From the NCBI GenBank assembly GCA_049320885.1, contig JBMORA010000063.1:1-64000 (forward strand): 64,000 nt of DNA, in the 5' to 3' direction. Within the stretch, counting starts at the first letter, position 1. Each line of letters opens with the position of its first letter. Origin of the DNA: Thermodesulfobacteriota bacterium (GTDB lineage: Bacteria > Desulfobacterota > Desulfobacteria > Desulfobacterales > SURF-7). Below are positions 56,883 to 64,000 of this stretch, piece by piece. The notes beneath the pieces are model-generated. The model did no database searches, had not been told where the DNA came from, and worked only from the letters and a program-made list of their open reading frames with translations. Both the position numbers and the translations under genes were made by a program.

Positions 56883-58496
56883 ATGGAAAAACCGCCGTCA
56901 TACGGAACATGCCCGCTGCAATCCCCTGCCGCCTTTCTGCTCATGCTGCTGGTGATACCGGGTTTGACCGCGGGTTTCTACTCCGGGAAAGAGTTGTCGG
57001 TCCATGAAACGATTACCGGGGCGATGCTGCTGACCGGCCTTGCCGCCCTGATGCTGAAACGCGGGAAAAGAAATTTTCCATATCTGTGGCAGGAACGGAA
57101 TCTTTACGGCGAGTTCGTGATCGGCGCCAGCCTGCTCATGCTCTTCCAGTTTTTATGGTTCCAGACTTACATCCGCACCGCCATTGCGCATTCCTATGCC
57201 ACCGGCATGTTTCGAACCGCCTTCCGCAACATCCACGCGCCGCTTTACGGGTATCCCGAAATTCCGGAGATCCGCTGGGCCGTTGCCATGGCCGGGTGCG
57301 CCTGCCTGTTTTTTCTGTTCTGCCGCCAAGTGACAAGACGGACCCAAGCGCTTTCTTCTCCTTCGATTCTGGTCGGCTGCCTCTTGTTCCAGGCTGCGTT
57401 CATGATCGTTTTCGCCTTGTCGGAGAACCCATCGCGCCTGCTCGATTATATCGGTTCCCTGGCCACCTTCCGGGAAGACGCGGTCTTGTTCCAGGGGCCG
57501 CTGGATATCCTGAAACACTTCAGCCGATCCCTGGGGGAAATCGGCAGCCGCACCGCGCATTATCCCCCCGGCTTCCTGATGTTCTACAGCATCGGCGAAA
57601 AACTGGGCATCTCCTGGCTGTTCAAGTTCTCCTGTTATGCCGCCGCCCTGGCCACGACCATCGTCTTGTGGACCTCGTCCGCTTTCTTCTCCTTTTCCGC
57701 CAGGGCCCGTTTCCTGACGGCGGGCCTCTTCCTTACCGCCGCCCAGGTCCTGATCTATCCATCCCACGATCCCTGCTGCTGGAACATGCTGCTGTGCCTG
57801 CTCGCCACCGTCCTCTTCCTGAAAGCCCTCGCCGAAGACCGGGTCGTTTTCGGGATCCTGAGCGGCCTTGCTTTTTCCCTGTCCATCCACCTGTCCTATG
57901 TCACTTTCGTCGCCGGACTGATCCCGGCCCTCGCCTTCCTGATCGCTTTTTTCACAAGGACGATCGGGACGCGCATCCTGGTCCGGCAGACCCTCATCAC
58001 GCTGCTTACCATCTGCCTGGTCGGCCTGGGCATCTGGCTGCTTTTCGACCTGAACATCATCACCCTGGTATTGTTTTCCATCGCCAAAAACCATCAGACC
58101 ATCGCTTTCCATCCCTTTGAAAGCATCACTTATTATCTGCTGCGATCCACGGGGAATCTGCTTGCCTTTTTCTTCGTGATCGGCGCGCCCGTCCTTACCC
58201 TTTGCGCCATCGGCACCCGGTATCTGCCAGGGAGAACCGGTTCAAGCCTCTTTTCCATCTTCTGGCTGAGTACGCTGGGCAGCCTGCTGGTTGCCGGTTT
58301 CAGCGAATTGTTCATACTCGAGACGGAACGGATCTGGATCTTTTTCACCCCCGCGCTCACCCTCATGGCCGGTCATACGTTGGATCGGATCCTCCCGGCT
58401 GACGAAACCGCGTCCGTTGCGGGCGTTTTGGCTTGCAGCCTGATTCCAAGCATGGTCCTGGAACTTTTTTTCCGCTCCCATCTTGCTGCGTATTGA
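56883..58496 (+). CDS. Polytopic membrane protein, GT-C-like glycosyltransferase
   Basis: Many TM segments, loop motif HYPPG and late ETERIW motif. Confidence 0.6.
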   Translation: MEKPPSYGTCPLQSPAAFLLMLLVIPGLTAGFYSGKELSVHETITGAMLLTGLAALMLKRGKRNFPYLWQERNLYGEFVIGASLLMLFQFLWFQTYIRTAIAHSYATGMFRTAFRNIHAPLYGYPEIPEIRWAVAMAGCACLFFLFCRQVTRRTQALSSPSILVGCLLFQAAFMIVFALSENPSRLLDYIGSLATFREDAVLFQGPLDILKHFSRSLGEIGSRTAHYPPGFLMFYSIGEKLGISWLFKFSCYAAALATTIVLWTSSAFFSFSARARFLTAGLFLTAAQVLIYPSHDPCCWNMLLCLLATVLFLKALAEDRVVFGILSGLAFSLSIHLSYVTFVAGLIPALAFLIAFFTRTIGTRILVRQTLITLLTICLVGLGIWLLFDLNIITLVLFSIAKNHQTIAFHPFESITYYLLRSTGNLLAFFFVIGAPVLTLCAIGTRYLPGRTGSSLFSIFWLSTLGSLLVAGFSELFILETERIWIFFTPALTLMAGHTLDRILPADETASVAGVLACSLIPSMVLELFFRSHLAAY

Positions 58497-58522
58497 TGCC
58501 ACACGCGGATGAAAAAAAAATC

Positions 58523-58571
58523 TTGACAATTGATACAACAATATTTGATATATCAACTATTGTTGCGTCAA
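58523..58571 (+). promoter_or_regulatory. MarR operator overlapping a sigma70 promoter
   Basis: TTGACA at 58523 and a 42-bp palindrome 58530-58571 (18 of 21 pairs) centred on perfect TTGATATATCAA. Confidence 0.75.
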
Positions 58572-58622
58572 GTATCTGAACGGTCCATCTTGGCCGGACC
58601 ATCAGCGTCGGAGGTTTCCTTC

Positions 58623-59138
58623 ATGACCCACCAGGACATGCTCATCCATCGGATCGGCAAGGCCCAACAGCAGATACGCGCCATTCTGAACAGCGAATTC
58701 ACCGCCAAAGGCATCACCATCAGCCCGATCCAAACCAGAATTCTCTCGATCATTCTGAAACATCACCCCCTGACCATGACCCGTCTGAGTCAGCTCTTGT
58801 CAACGGACAACGCCGCCATCACCCGGCTGGTGGATCGTCTGGAGAAGGCCGGACTGGTGACCCGGGAGACCTGCCGCGGCGACCGGCGGACCTACCATAT
58901 TTGTCCGACGGAAAAAGGATCGGAGGAAATCGTCCGGGCCGAATCCGCGCTCCAGCGGGTGAATGAAGCCGTCCAATCCGTTTTCAGCCAGGAGGAAAGA
59001 GAACGGTTGTGTGAATTGCTCGGCCGCATCCGGCCGAAGGAACCCAAAACGCCGGAGCAAGCGGAAGCGACGTTTTTTCCAATGGATATGGTCATTGAAG
59101 GGCTGGAAGATGTGTGCGCGCCCCACATGCTCTGGTGA
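58623..59138 (+). CDS. MarR-family transcriptional regulator
   Basis: ITRLVDRLEKAGLV.R....DRR...TEKG; GGAGG RBS before ATG 58623. Confidence 0.92.
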   Translation: MTHQDMLIHRIGKAQQQIRAILNSEFTAKGITISPIQTRILSIILKHHPLTMTRLSQLLSTDNAAITRLVDRLEKAGLVTRETCRGDRRTYHICPTEKGSEEIVRAESALQRVNEAVQSVFSQEERERLCELLGRIRPKEPKTPEQAEATFFPMDMVIEGLEDVCAPHMLW

Positions 59139-59220
59139 TAAAACGACAAACCGGGGGGCCGGAATCACGCTGCGGTTCCCCTGATCATAAAACCCTGTGT
59201 CAAGGAGAAAGGAGTCAGCA

Positions 59221-61005
59221 ATGGAAAAGAGGAAGCTTTACAAAGGCGGCGCCTTCTTGTTCACCCCCATCCCGGCCGGCGACGTTTTCACCCCCGAGGA
59301 GTTCACCAAGGAACAGAAAATGGTCTTCAAGGCGGCCCAGGACTTTGTGAAAAACGAGCTCGCCGGCAACGCCGAGCTCATCGAGGAGAAACAGGAACCC
59401 CAGGTCCGCAAATGGTTCCGCATGATCGGCGAACTCGGCCTCAACGCCATCGATGTGCCGGAGACATACGGCGGTGAGGGCATGGACAAGATCAGCGCCT
59501 GCCTGGTGACCGAAGCCATGGGGGCCGGGCATTCCTTCAGCGTTGCCCATACCTGCCAGACCGGGATCGGCAGCCTGCCCATCCTGCTCTTCGGCACCCA
59601 TGAACAAAAGCAAAAATACATCCCCCGGCTGGCCAGCGGCGAAATCATCGGCGCCTACTGCCTGACCGAATCCGGGGCCGGTTCCGACGCCCTCAACGCC
59701 CAGACCACGGCCCGGCTTTCCGAGGACGGCCGCCATTATCTGCTGAACGGCGAGAAAATCTTCATCACCAACGGGGCCTGGGCCGATGTGCTGACCGTCT
59801 TCGCCAAGGTGGACGGCGACAAGTTCACCGGTTTCATCGTGGAACGGGGATTCCCTGGGTTCTCCACCGGCGCGGAGGAAAAAAAGCTCGGCATCAAAGG
59901 CTCGTCAACGGTTTCCGTGATCCTGAAGGACTGCCGGGTGCCGGTGGAAAACGTGCTCTTCGAGGTGGGCCAGGGGCATAAAATCGCCTTCAACGTGCTC
60001 AACATCGGCCGCTACAAGCTGGGTCCCGCCACGGTGGGCGCCATGAAGGCCTCCCTGGCCCAGGCCGCCAAATACGCCACGGAACGGGAGCAGTTCGGCA
60101 AGAAAATCGCCGAATTCGGCCTGATCCGCGACAAGCTCGCCCAGATGGCCGTCGGCATCTACATCGCCGAAACCGCTTCCTACCGCTTGGCCGCCGCCAT
60201 CCAGGACCAGCTCGACACCCTGCATTCGCAGCAGGAAATTTCCGGGGCCGATATCTCCCGCGCCATCGAGGAATACAGCATGGAATGCGCCCTGGTGAAA
60301 ATCGCCGGCAGCGAATGGCTGGACTATGTCGTGGATGAATATGTCCAGATTTACGGCGGCAACGGCTATATAGCCGAATACCCGGCCGAGCGGGCCTACC
60401 GCGATTCCCGCATCAACCGGATTTTCGAGGGCACCAACGAGATCAACCGCATCGTGGCCGCCGGCACCCTGCTCAAGCGCGCCCTGGCCGGCCGCATCGA
60501 TCTAATGGGCGCCATCAAGGCCCTGCCGGCCGTGGACCCGGGGGCCCAGACCGCGCCCCTGGATGCGGAGAAGCCCCTGGCCCGGCAGCAACAGCTCCTG
60601 ACCGCCTGCAAACAGTTGTTCCTGCGGACCGTCGAGGCGGCCGCCGCCAAACTCATGGCCAACATGGACGGCGAGCAGGAAATCCTCGGCCTGCTGGCCG
60701 AAATGATGCTCCAGGTCTATCTCATGGAAGGCGGGCTCCTGCGGGCCGTGAAAACCGCGGGAAGCACCGGCGGGCAAAAAGCCGAATTTCATGTTGCCGC
60801 GGCCCGCGTTTACCTGGCCCGGACCCTGCCGGAAATGCTCTCCAGGGCCCGGCAGATCGTGTCCTATGTCGGCGACGGCGCGGTGCGCGCCGATCTCCAC
60901 AAACAGATTCAATGGCTGAGCGCCTTCCCCCAGGAGGACATCATCACCCTGAAACGCCAGATCGCCGACCGCGTGGTCAAAAGCAAGAAATATCCCCTCG
61001 GATAA
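59221..61005 (+). CDS. Acyl-CoA dehydrogenase (long FadE type with C-terminal extension)
   Basis: KGGAFL..FTPEEF, YCLTESGAGSDA, GEKIFITN, REQFG, RIFEGTNEINR. Confidence 0.95.
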   Translation: MEKRKLYKGGAFLFTPIPAGDVFTPEEFTKEQKMVFKAAQDFVKNELAGNAELIEEKQEPQVRKWFRMIGELGLNAIDVPETYGGEGMDKISACLVTEAMGAGHSFSVAHTCQTGIGSLPILLFGTHEQKQKYIPRLASGEIIGAYCLTESGAGSDALNAQTTARLSEDGRHYLLNGEKIFITNGAWADVLTVFAKVDGDKFTGFIVERGFPGFSTGAEEKKLGIKGSSTVSVILKDCRVPVENVLFEVGQGHKIAFNVLNIGRYKLGPATVGAMKASLAQAAKYATEREQFGKKIAEFGLIRDKLAQMAVGIYIAETASYRLAAAIQDQLDTLHSQQEISGADISRAIEEYSMECALVKIAGSEWLDYVVDEYVQIYGGNGYIAEYPAERAYRDSRINRIFEGTNEINRIVAAGTLLKRALAGRIDLMGAIKALPAVDPGAQTAPLDAEKPLARQQQLLTACKQLFLRTVEAAAAKLMANMDGEQEILGLLAEMMLQVYLMEGGLLRAVKTAGSTGGQKAEFHVAAARVYLARTLPEMLSRARQIVSYVGDGAVRADLHKQIQWLSAFPQEDIITLKRQIADRVVKSKKYPLG

Positions 61006-61018
61006 TTCCTCGCGCCTC

Positions 61019-61061
61019 CCCGCCGCGCCCGGCCGCCGTCATGGCTACCGGGCGCGACGGG
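61019..61061. terminator. GC-rich hairpin after the acyl-CoA dehydrogenase
   Basis: CCCGCCGCGCCCGG / CCGGGCGCGACGGG, 13 of 14 pairs. Confidence 0.6.
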
Positions 61062-61269
61062 TGCCTTCCTGAAAAATAGAAATGCTCCGCCCGGACATTC
61101 ACATTGCCGCTACCAATCCGAACGGAGTGGTTGATGTTTCGGTCGACTGAATCCAGCCGACACAGGAGTAAAACCTGGACTTGCATGCAGCGCTCCTGCT
61201 CTTTTCTTTTATGCAGAAGATGAAAAACGCCTGCGGGATAACCCCGCCATGGCGTAAACGTATGTTCTC

Positions 61270-61293
61270 TCGCGAAGGCGCCAAGACGCGAAG
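61270..61293. repeat. Short 8-bp-period repeat at the avd breakpoint
   Basis: TCGCGAAG GCGCCAAG ACGCGAAG. Confidence 0.55.
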
Positions 61294-61300
61294 AAAAACA

Positions 61301-61378
61301 GGGGAACTTGTCCAGTTTCGGAACCATCCATACCAGATAATCATACAGTTTCGTGATGGCGCCGACTTCTTTCGGCAT
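61301..61378 (-). pseudogene. avd: Truncated DGR accessory variability determinant (first 26 codons)
   Basis: MPKEVGAITKLYDYLVWMVPKLDKFP matches the Avd/four-helix-bundle N-terminus (K.YD...W..P...KFP). It has a GGAGGGGG RBS and sits directly behind a CLec gene; the frame continues only as unrelated sequence. Confidence 0.75.
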
Positions 61379-61431
61379 GGGCCAATCCCCCTCCGCGGCG
61401 GCAAAGGGTAAAAGAGTAAAAGGGAAAAGGG

Positions 61432-63408
61432 TTACCGTTCCATCCTGACGCAGCGGAACCCCACGAGGATGTTACGGTTCTCCGGGTTGAGCCTGAGGCG
61501 GTTCGCACAGCGCGCAATGTCCTGACGGCTGTCCCAGGAACCCCCGCGCAGCACTTTGCGACCATGCTCATAGTCTGTTTCAGTCCATTCCCACACGTTC
61601 CCGGCCATGTCATAGCAGCCAGATAAGCTTGTGCCATTAGGATAGCGAGTTACGCGTGTAGTCTGTCCGATACCCGATTCAGCAGTGTTGCACTTTTCCG
61701 GATCGAATTCATTCCCCCAGGGATAGGTCCGCCCGTCATTCCCCCTGGCCGCCCGCTCCCATTCGATTTCGGTGCTCAGGCGCTTTCCTTCCCATTTGGC
61801 AAAGGCGTCGGCTTCGTAAAAGCACACGCCCACCACCGGGTGGCCGTCCTTGTTCCATTTTTCATCGTTCCAGTATCGCGGCTCAGTGATATTGTTTTTC
61901 TTCCGCCATTCAAGTCCTTCGGGAGACCAGAAATCGTCCTTTGAATACCCCCCGGCCTGCAGAAACTTGCGGTACCGGTCGTTGGTGACCGGGTATATAT
62001 CGATCTGGAAGGACGTTTCGATGGTTTCTTTTTTCCTGTTTTCGCCATAGAGGAAATCCCCCGCCGGCACCAGGGCCGTTTCTTCATAGTGCCGGACCGG
62101 TTTCACCGTCTGTTCCGCCAGCCCCTCCGGCGACTCGACCATCCCGCTCAGGGTGATCAATTGTGCCACCTCCTCGGGCTTGCCGGAAAATGTGCTTACT
62201 ATTTTCACCAGTTCCCGCACCCGCAGATAGTTTTTCAGTGTTTGGGGGACCTCCTGGAGATCATCTTCGGAAAGGCCCCGGACATCATCGGACTCGAACT
62301 GGGGCGACAGCTTATTGATCCATTCTTTCAATACAAACAGGTTGTTGGGATTATCCTGGATATCCTGATAAAAATCCGGAAACACATATTCAAAAACACA
62401 CATGCTCAATATGGAGGAAAATTCGATGGACATCCCTTTGCTGGCAATGATCCCGGCCAGCAGGTTCAGGTTGTTCAGGAAGCGCTTAATTTGCCGTGGG
62501 TTTTTCTGCAAGGCCGGGGCCAGGAGGGGCATATAGTCCAGAATTTCCTTCTTGTTGCGCAGCTTGAACCGTTCCTGGCCCACCCAATCCTTCAGGTCGT
62601 CGGCAGGTATCGGCCGCAACTTGAAAGCCACCTGCACGATCTTGTCCATGAAACGGGCCGCTTCTTTCCCGCCGTATTTTTCCTCCAGGGCCTTTATGAT
62701 GATTTCATCCGCAGCCCCCAGCACAAAGGCGCAGCATTTCTTGTCCAGGAACAGCTTGACGGTTTCCAGCACCTTGACGATTTTGTCCGGCGGGCAGCGG
62801 TCCAGATCGTCGATGAAGATCACCAGGGCGCCCTTCCGGTCGTCCGGCTCTTCCCAACTCTTCCATTTCGGCCGCCACCGCAGGTAGTCCCATATCAAGG
62901 CGTCGAAAAAATTCTGGAACGTTTCGAAAAAACCGAGTTTTTTTCTGTATTCGAGCTCGGCGAAAAACGCGGTCACATCCAGGCCGGCAAATCCCGTCAG
63001 CTTGCCGACAGCAGCCCGAACCTGATGGGTCTTGACCAGTTCCTCGACCCTAGCCTTGCAGCTGTCCAGGAACGAGTCGCGCTTCATGGTCCGGAAAATC
63101 TCCTCGATCAGGGCCGCCAGGATCGCGTCCTCGTCGGCATGCTTCCAGGCCTGGAACCAGACGGTCTTGGTGGCGCGGCGGTGGACCTCGTCCGCGGCGG
63201 CCCCGGTATCGAGCAGGCGTTTGATTTCCCTCATCAGGGTGGTCTTGCCCGAGCCCCATGAGCCGTATACGCCGATGACAAAGGGCGTCTGATTGTCTTT
63301 GTCGGCGATCAGGTCGGCGATGGTCCGGGCATAGGCATCGAACCCGAACATAATGGTTTCTGTTTCCGGATTATCGCTGAGAATTTCGACGCGTTTGCTA
63401 TCCGTCAT
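61432..63408 (-). CDS. KAP-family P-loop NTPase fused to FGE-sulfatase/CLec domain (DGR target-like)
   Basis: GVYGSWGSGKTT Walker A, F.AW, VIFIDDLDRC Walker B, DKIVQV, NPRQIKRF.N; C-terminal EWERAARG, YPWG, DMAGNVWEW, RGGSW, GFRC. RBS GAAGGAG. Confidence 0.93.
   Translation of the reverse strand: MTDSKRVEILSDNPETETIMFGFDAYARTIADLIADKDNQTPFVIGVYGSWGSGKTTLMREIKRLLDTGAAADEVHRRATKTVWFQAWKHADEDAILAALIEEIFRTMKRDSFLDSCKARVEELVKTHQVRAAVGKLTGFAGLDVTAFFAELEYRKKLGFFETFQNFFDALIWDYLRWRPKWKSWEEPDDRKGALVIFIDDLDRCPPDKIVKVLETVKLFLDKKCCAFVLGAADEIIIKALEEKYGGKEAARFMDKIVQVAFKLRPIPADDLKDWVGQERFKLRNKKEILDYMPLLAPALQKNPRQIKRFLNNLNLLAGIIASKGMSIEFSSILSMCVFEYVFPDFYQDIQDNPNNLFVLKEWINKLSPQFESDDVRGLSEDDLQEVPQTLKNYLRVRELVKIVSTFSGKPEEVAQLITLSGMVESPEGLAEQTVKPVRHYEETALVPAGDFLYGENRKKETIETSFQIDIYPVTNDRYRKFLQAGGYSKDDFWSPEGLEWRKKNNITEPRYWNDEKWNKDGHPVVGVCFYEADAFAKWEGKRLSTEIEWERAARGNDGRTYPWGNEFDPEKCNTAESGIGQTTRVTRYPNGTSLSGCYDMAGNVWEWTETDYEHGRKVLRGGSWDSRQDIARCANRLRLNPENRNILVGFRCVRMER
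61441..61551 (-). other. Putative DGR variable region (VR)
   Basis: RGGSW DSRQDI ARCANR LRLNPENRNIL VGFRC. The variable codons GAC AGC CGT GAC ATT CTC CTC ATC CTC all end in C/T, as expected for mutated AAC/AAT template codons. Confidence 0.65.
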
Positions 63409-63673
63409 ACGTCTCCTTCCGGAGTTGCCGTGGTCAAGGCAAACCAACTGTTATTCATCACCAAGACGGACAGGTGGAATCATCCGCCGGACCCGGAAAA
63501 CCGTGCCGGACGGCGCCGGTTTCGCAACCAATGGATTGTTGACGACGATAGTAAATGCCGGCCGGTTTGTCAATCCGGAGGGATAGCACCTTCAGGGGAA
63601 TCGCATGTAAATTTAGATCCCGCCTTTCGGTCTTTTCACCACGCCATAGGCAGGATTTTTCTTTTCGTGTTTC

Positions 63674-63762
63674 ATCTGCGTAAATCTGCGTCATCTGCGG
63701 ATAGTCCGTTTTTTTTATCAACCGATTTTTGCTATCCGCAGATTACGCCGATTGACGCAGAT
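63674..63762. repeat. Imperfect 31-bp inverted repeat built from ACGCAGAT-like subunits (MITE/REP-like)
   Basis: ATCTGCGTAAATCTGCGTCATCTGCGGATAG (63674-63704) versus CTATCCGCAGATTACGCCGATTGACGCAGAT (63732-63762), 27-bp spacer. Confidence 0.75.
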
Positions 63763-64000
63763 TATGCAGAAGGCAAAACAGGTGCTCCTTCATCCCTGCT
63801 GGACACAGAGCCGAAGGAAAAAGCAAAAAGAAAACGGGTTGGTTGTACAATCTCGGTCCTCAGGATTCGTCTCTCAAAGAAAGGTTCCGGATTGACACCC
63901 CGGCTCCGGCGGCATATGGTCGTTCCGTTTGAAACATTCGTTGCGATACGCCAGGGAAAGGGTTCTCCGGAATGATGTGGTTTCTGCTGTCCATGCTCAC

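Noticed and set aside
60977..61300. Remainder of the 133-aa ORF as a real protein, or a hidden template repeat
   Set aside because: After KFP the sequence has no Avd character, runs through a repeat and a terminator hairpin and overlaps the convergent gene. There are no AAC-rich runs matching the VR.
247..63975. Numerous long antisense or alternate-frame ORFs in the track (e.g. 1834-2922, 16778-17860, 57086-58120, 62089-63261)
   Set aside because: They shadow well-supported genes, lack motifs and RBSs, and are expected from GC-rich codon bias.
63972..64000. Start of a membrane protein gene (MMWFLLSML...) at the right edge
   Set aside because: Only nine codons are visible, too little to call.

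Overview
A 64 kb chromosomal window, most likely from an anaerobic deltaproteobacterium (Desulfobacterota-like); this is inferred from gene content and codon style, not from a database search. In order it carries: a multi-PAS sensor kinase whose downstream response regulator is broken after about 15 codons; sodA followed by three tiny cysteine-rich ORFs, two of them below the 60-aa cutoff of the ORF track; an orphan motA/motB stator pair; an M48 peptidase, two YbjQ genes, a LUD gene, a methyltransferase and a GT4 gene; a four-subunit 2-oxoacid:ferredoxin oxidoreductase operon facing a leucine/isovalerate (liu-like) operon, with a 25-bp operator shared 23/25 between their promoters; a 20 kb minus-strand envelope block (sigma54-driven Fn3/Ig surface protein, UDP-glucuronate decarboxylase, TPR lipoprotein, Geobacter pul/oxpG-type type II secretion system, ExeA-OmpA, PilZ); rlmD; a caspase-FGE/CLec protein; gap and signalling genes; an MFS transporter, a penicillin acylase, a GT-C-like membrane protein, and MarR with an acyl-CoA dehydrogenase. 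The window ends with a KAP-NTPase fused to an FGE/CLec domain, which shows a diversity-generating-retroelement (DGR) variable-region footprint and is followed by a truncated avd gene, with no template repeat or reverse transcriptase in the window. The best leads are the DGR-targeted KAP NTPase relic, the Cys-rich microprotein cluster next to sodA, and the shared por/liu operator. I found no rRNA, tRNA or CRISPR array.
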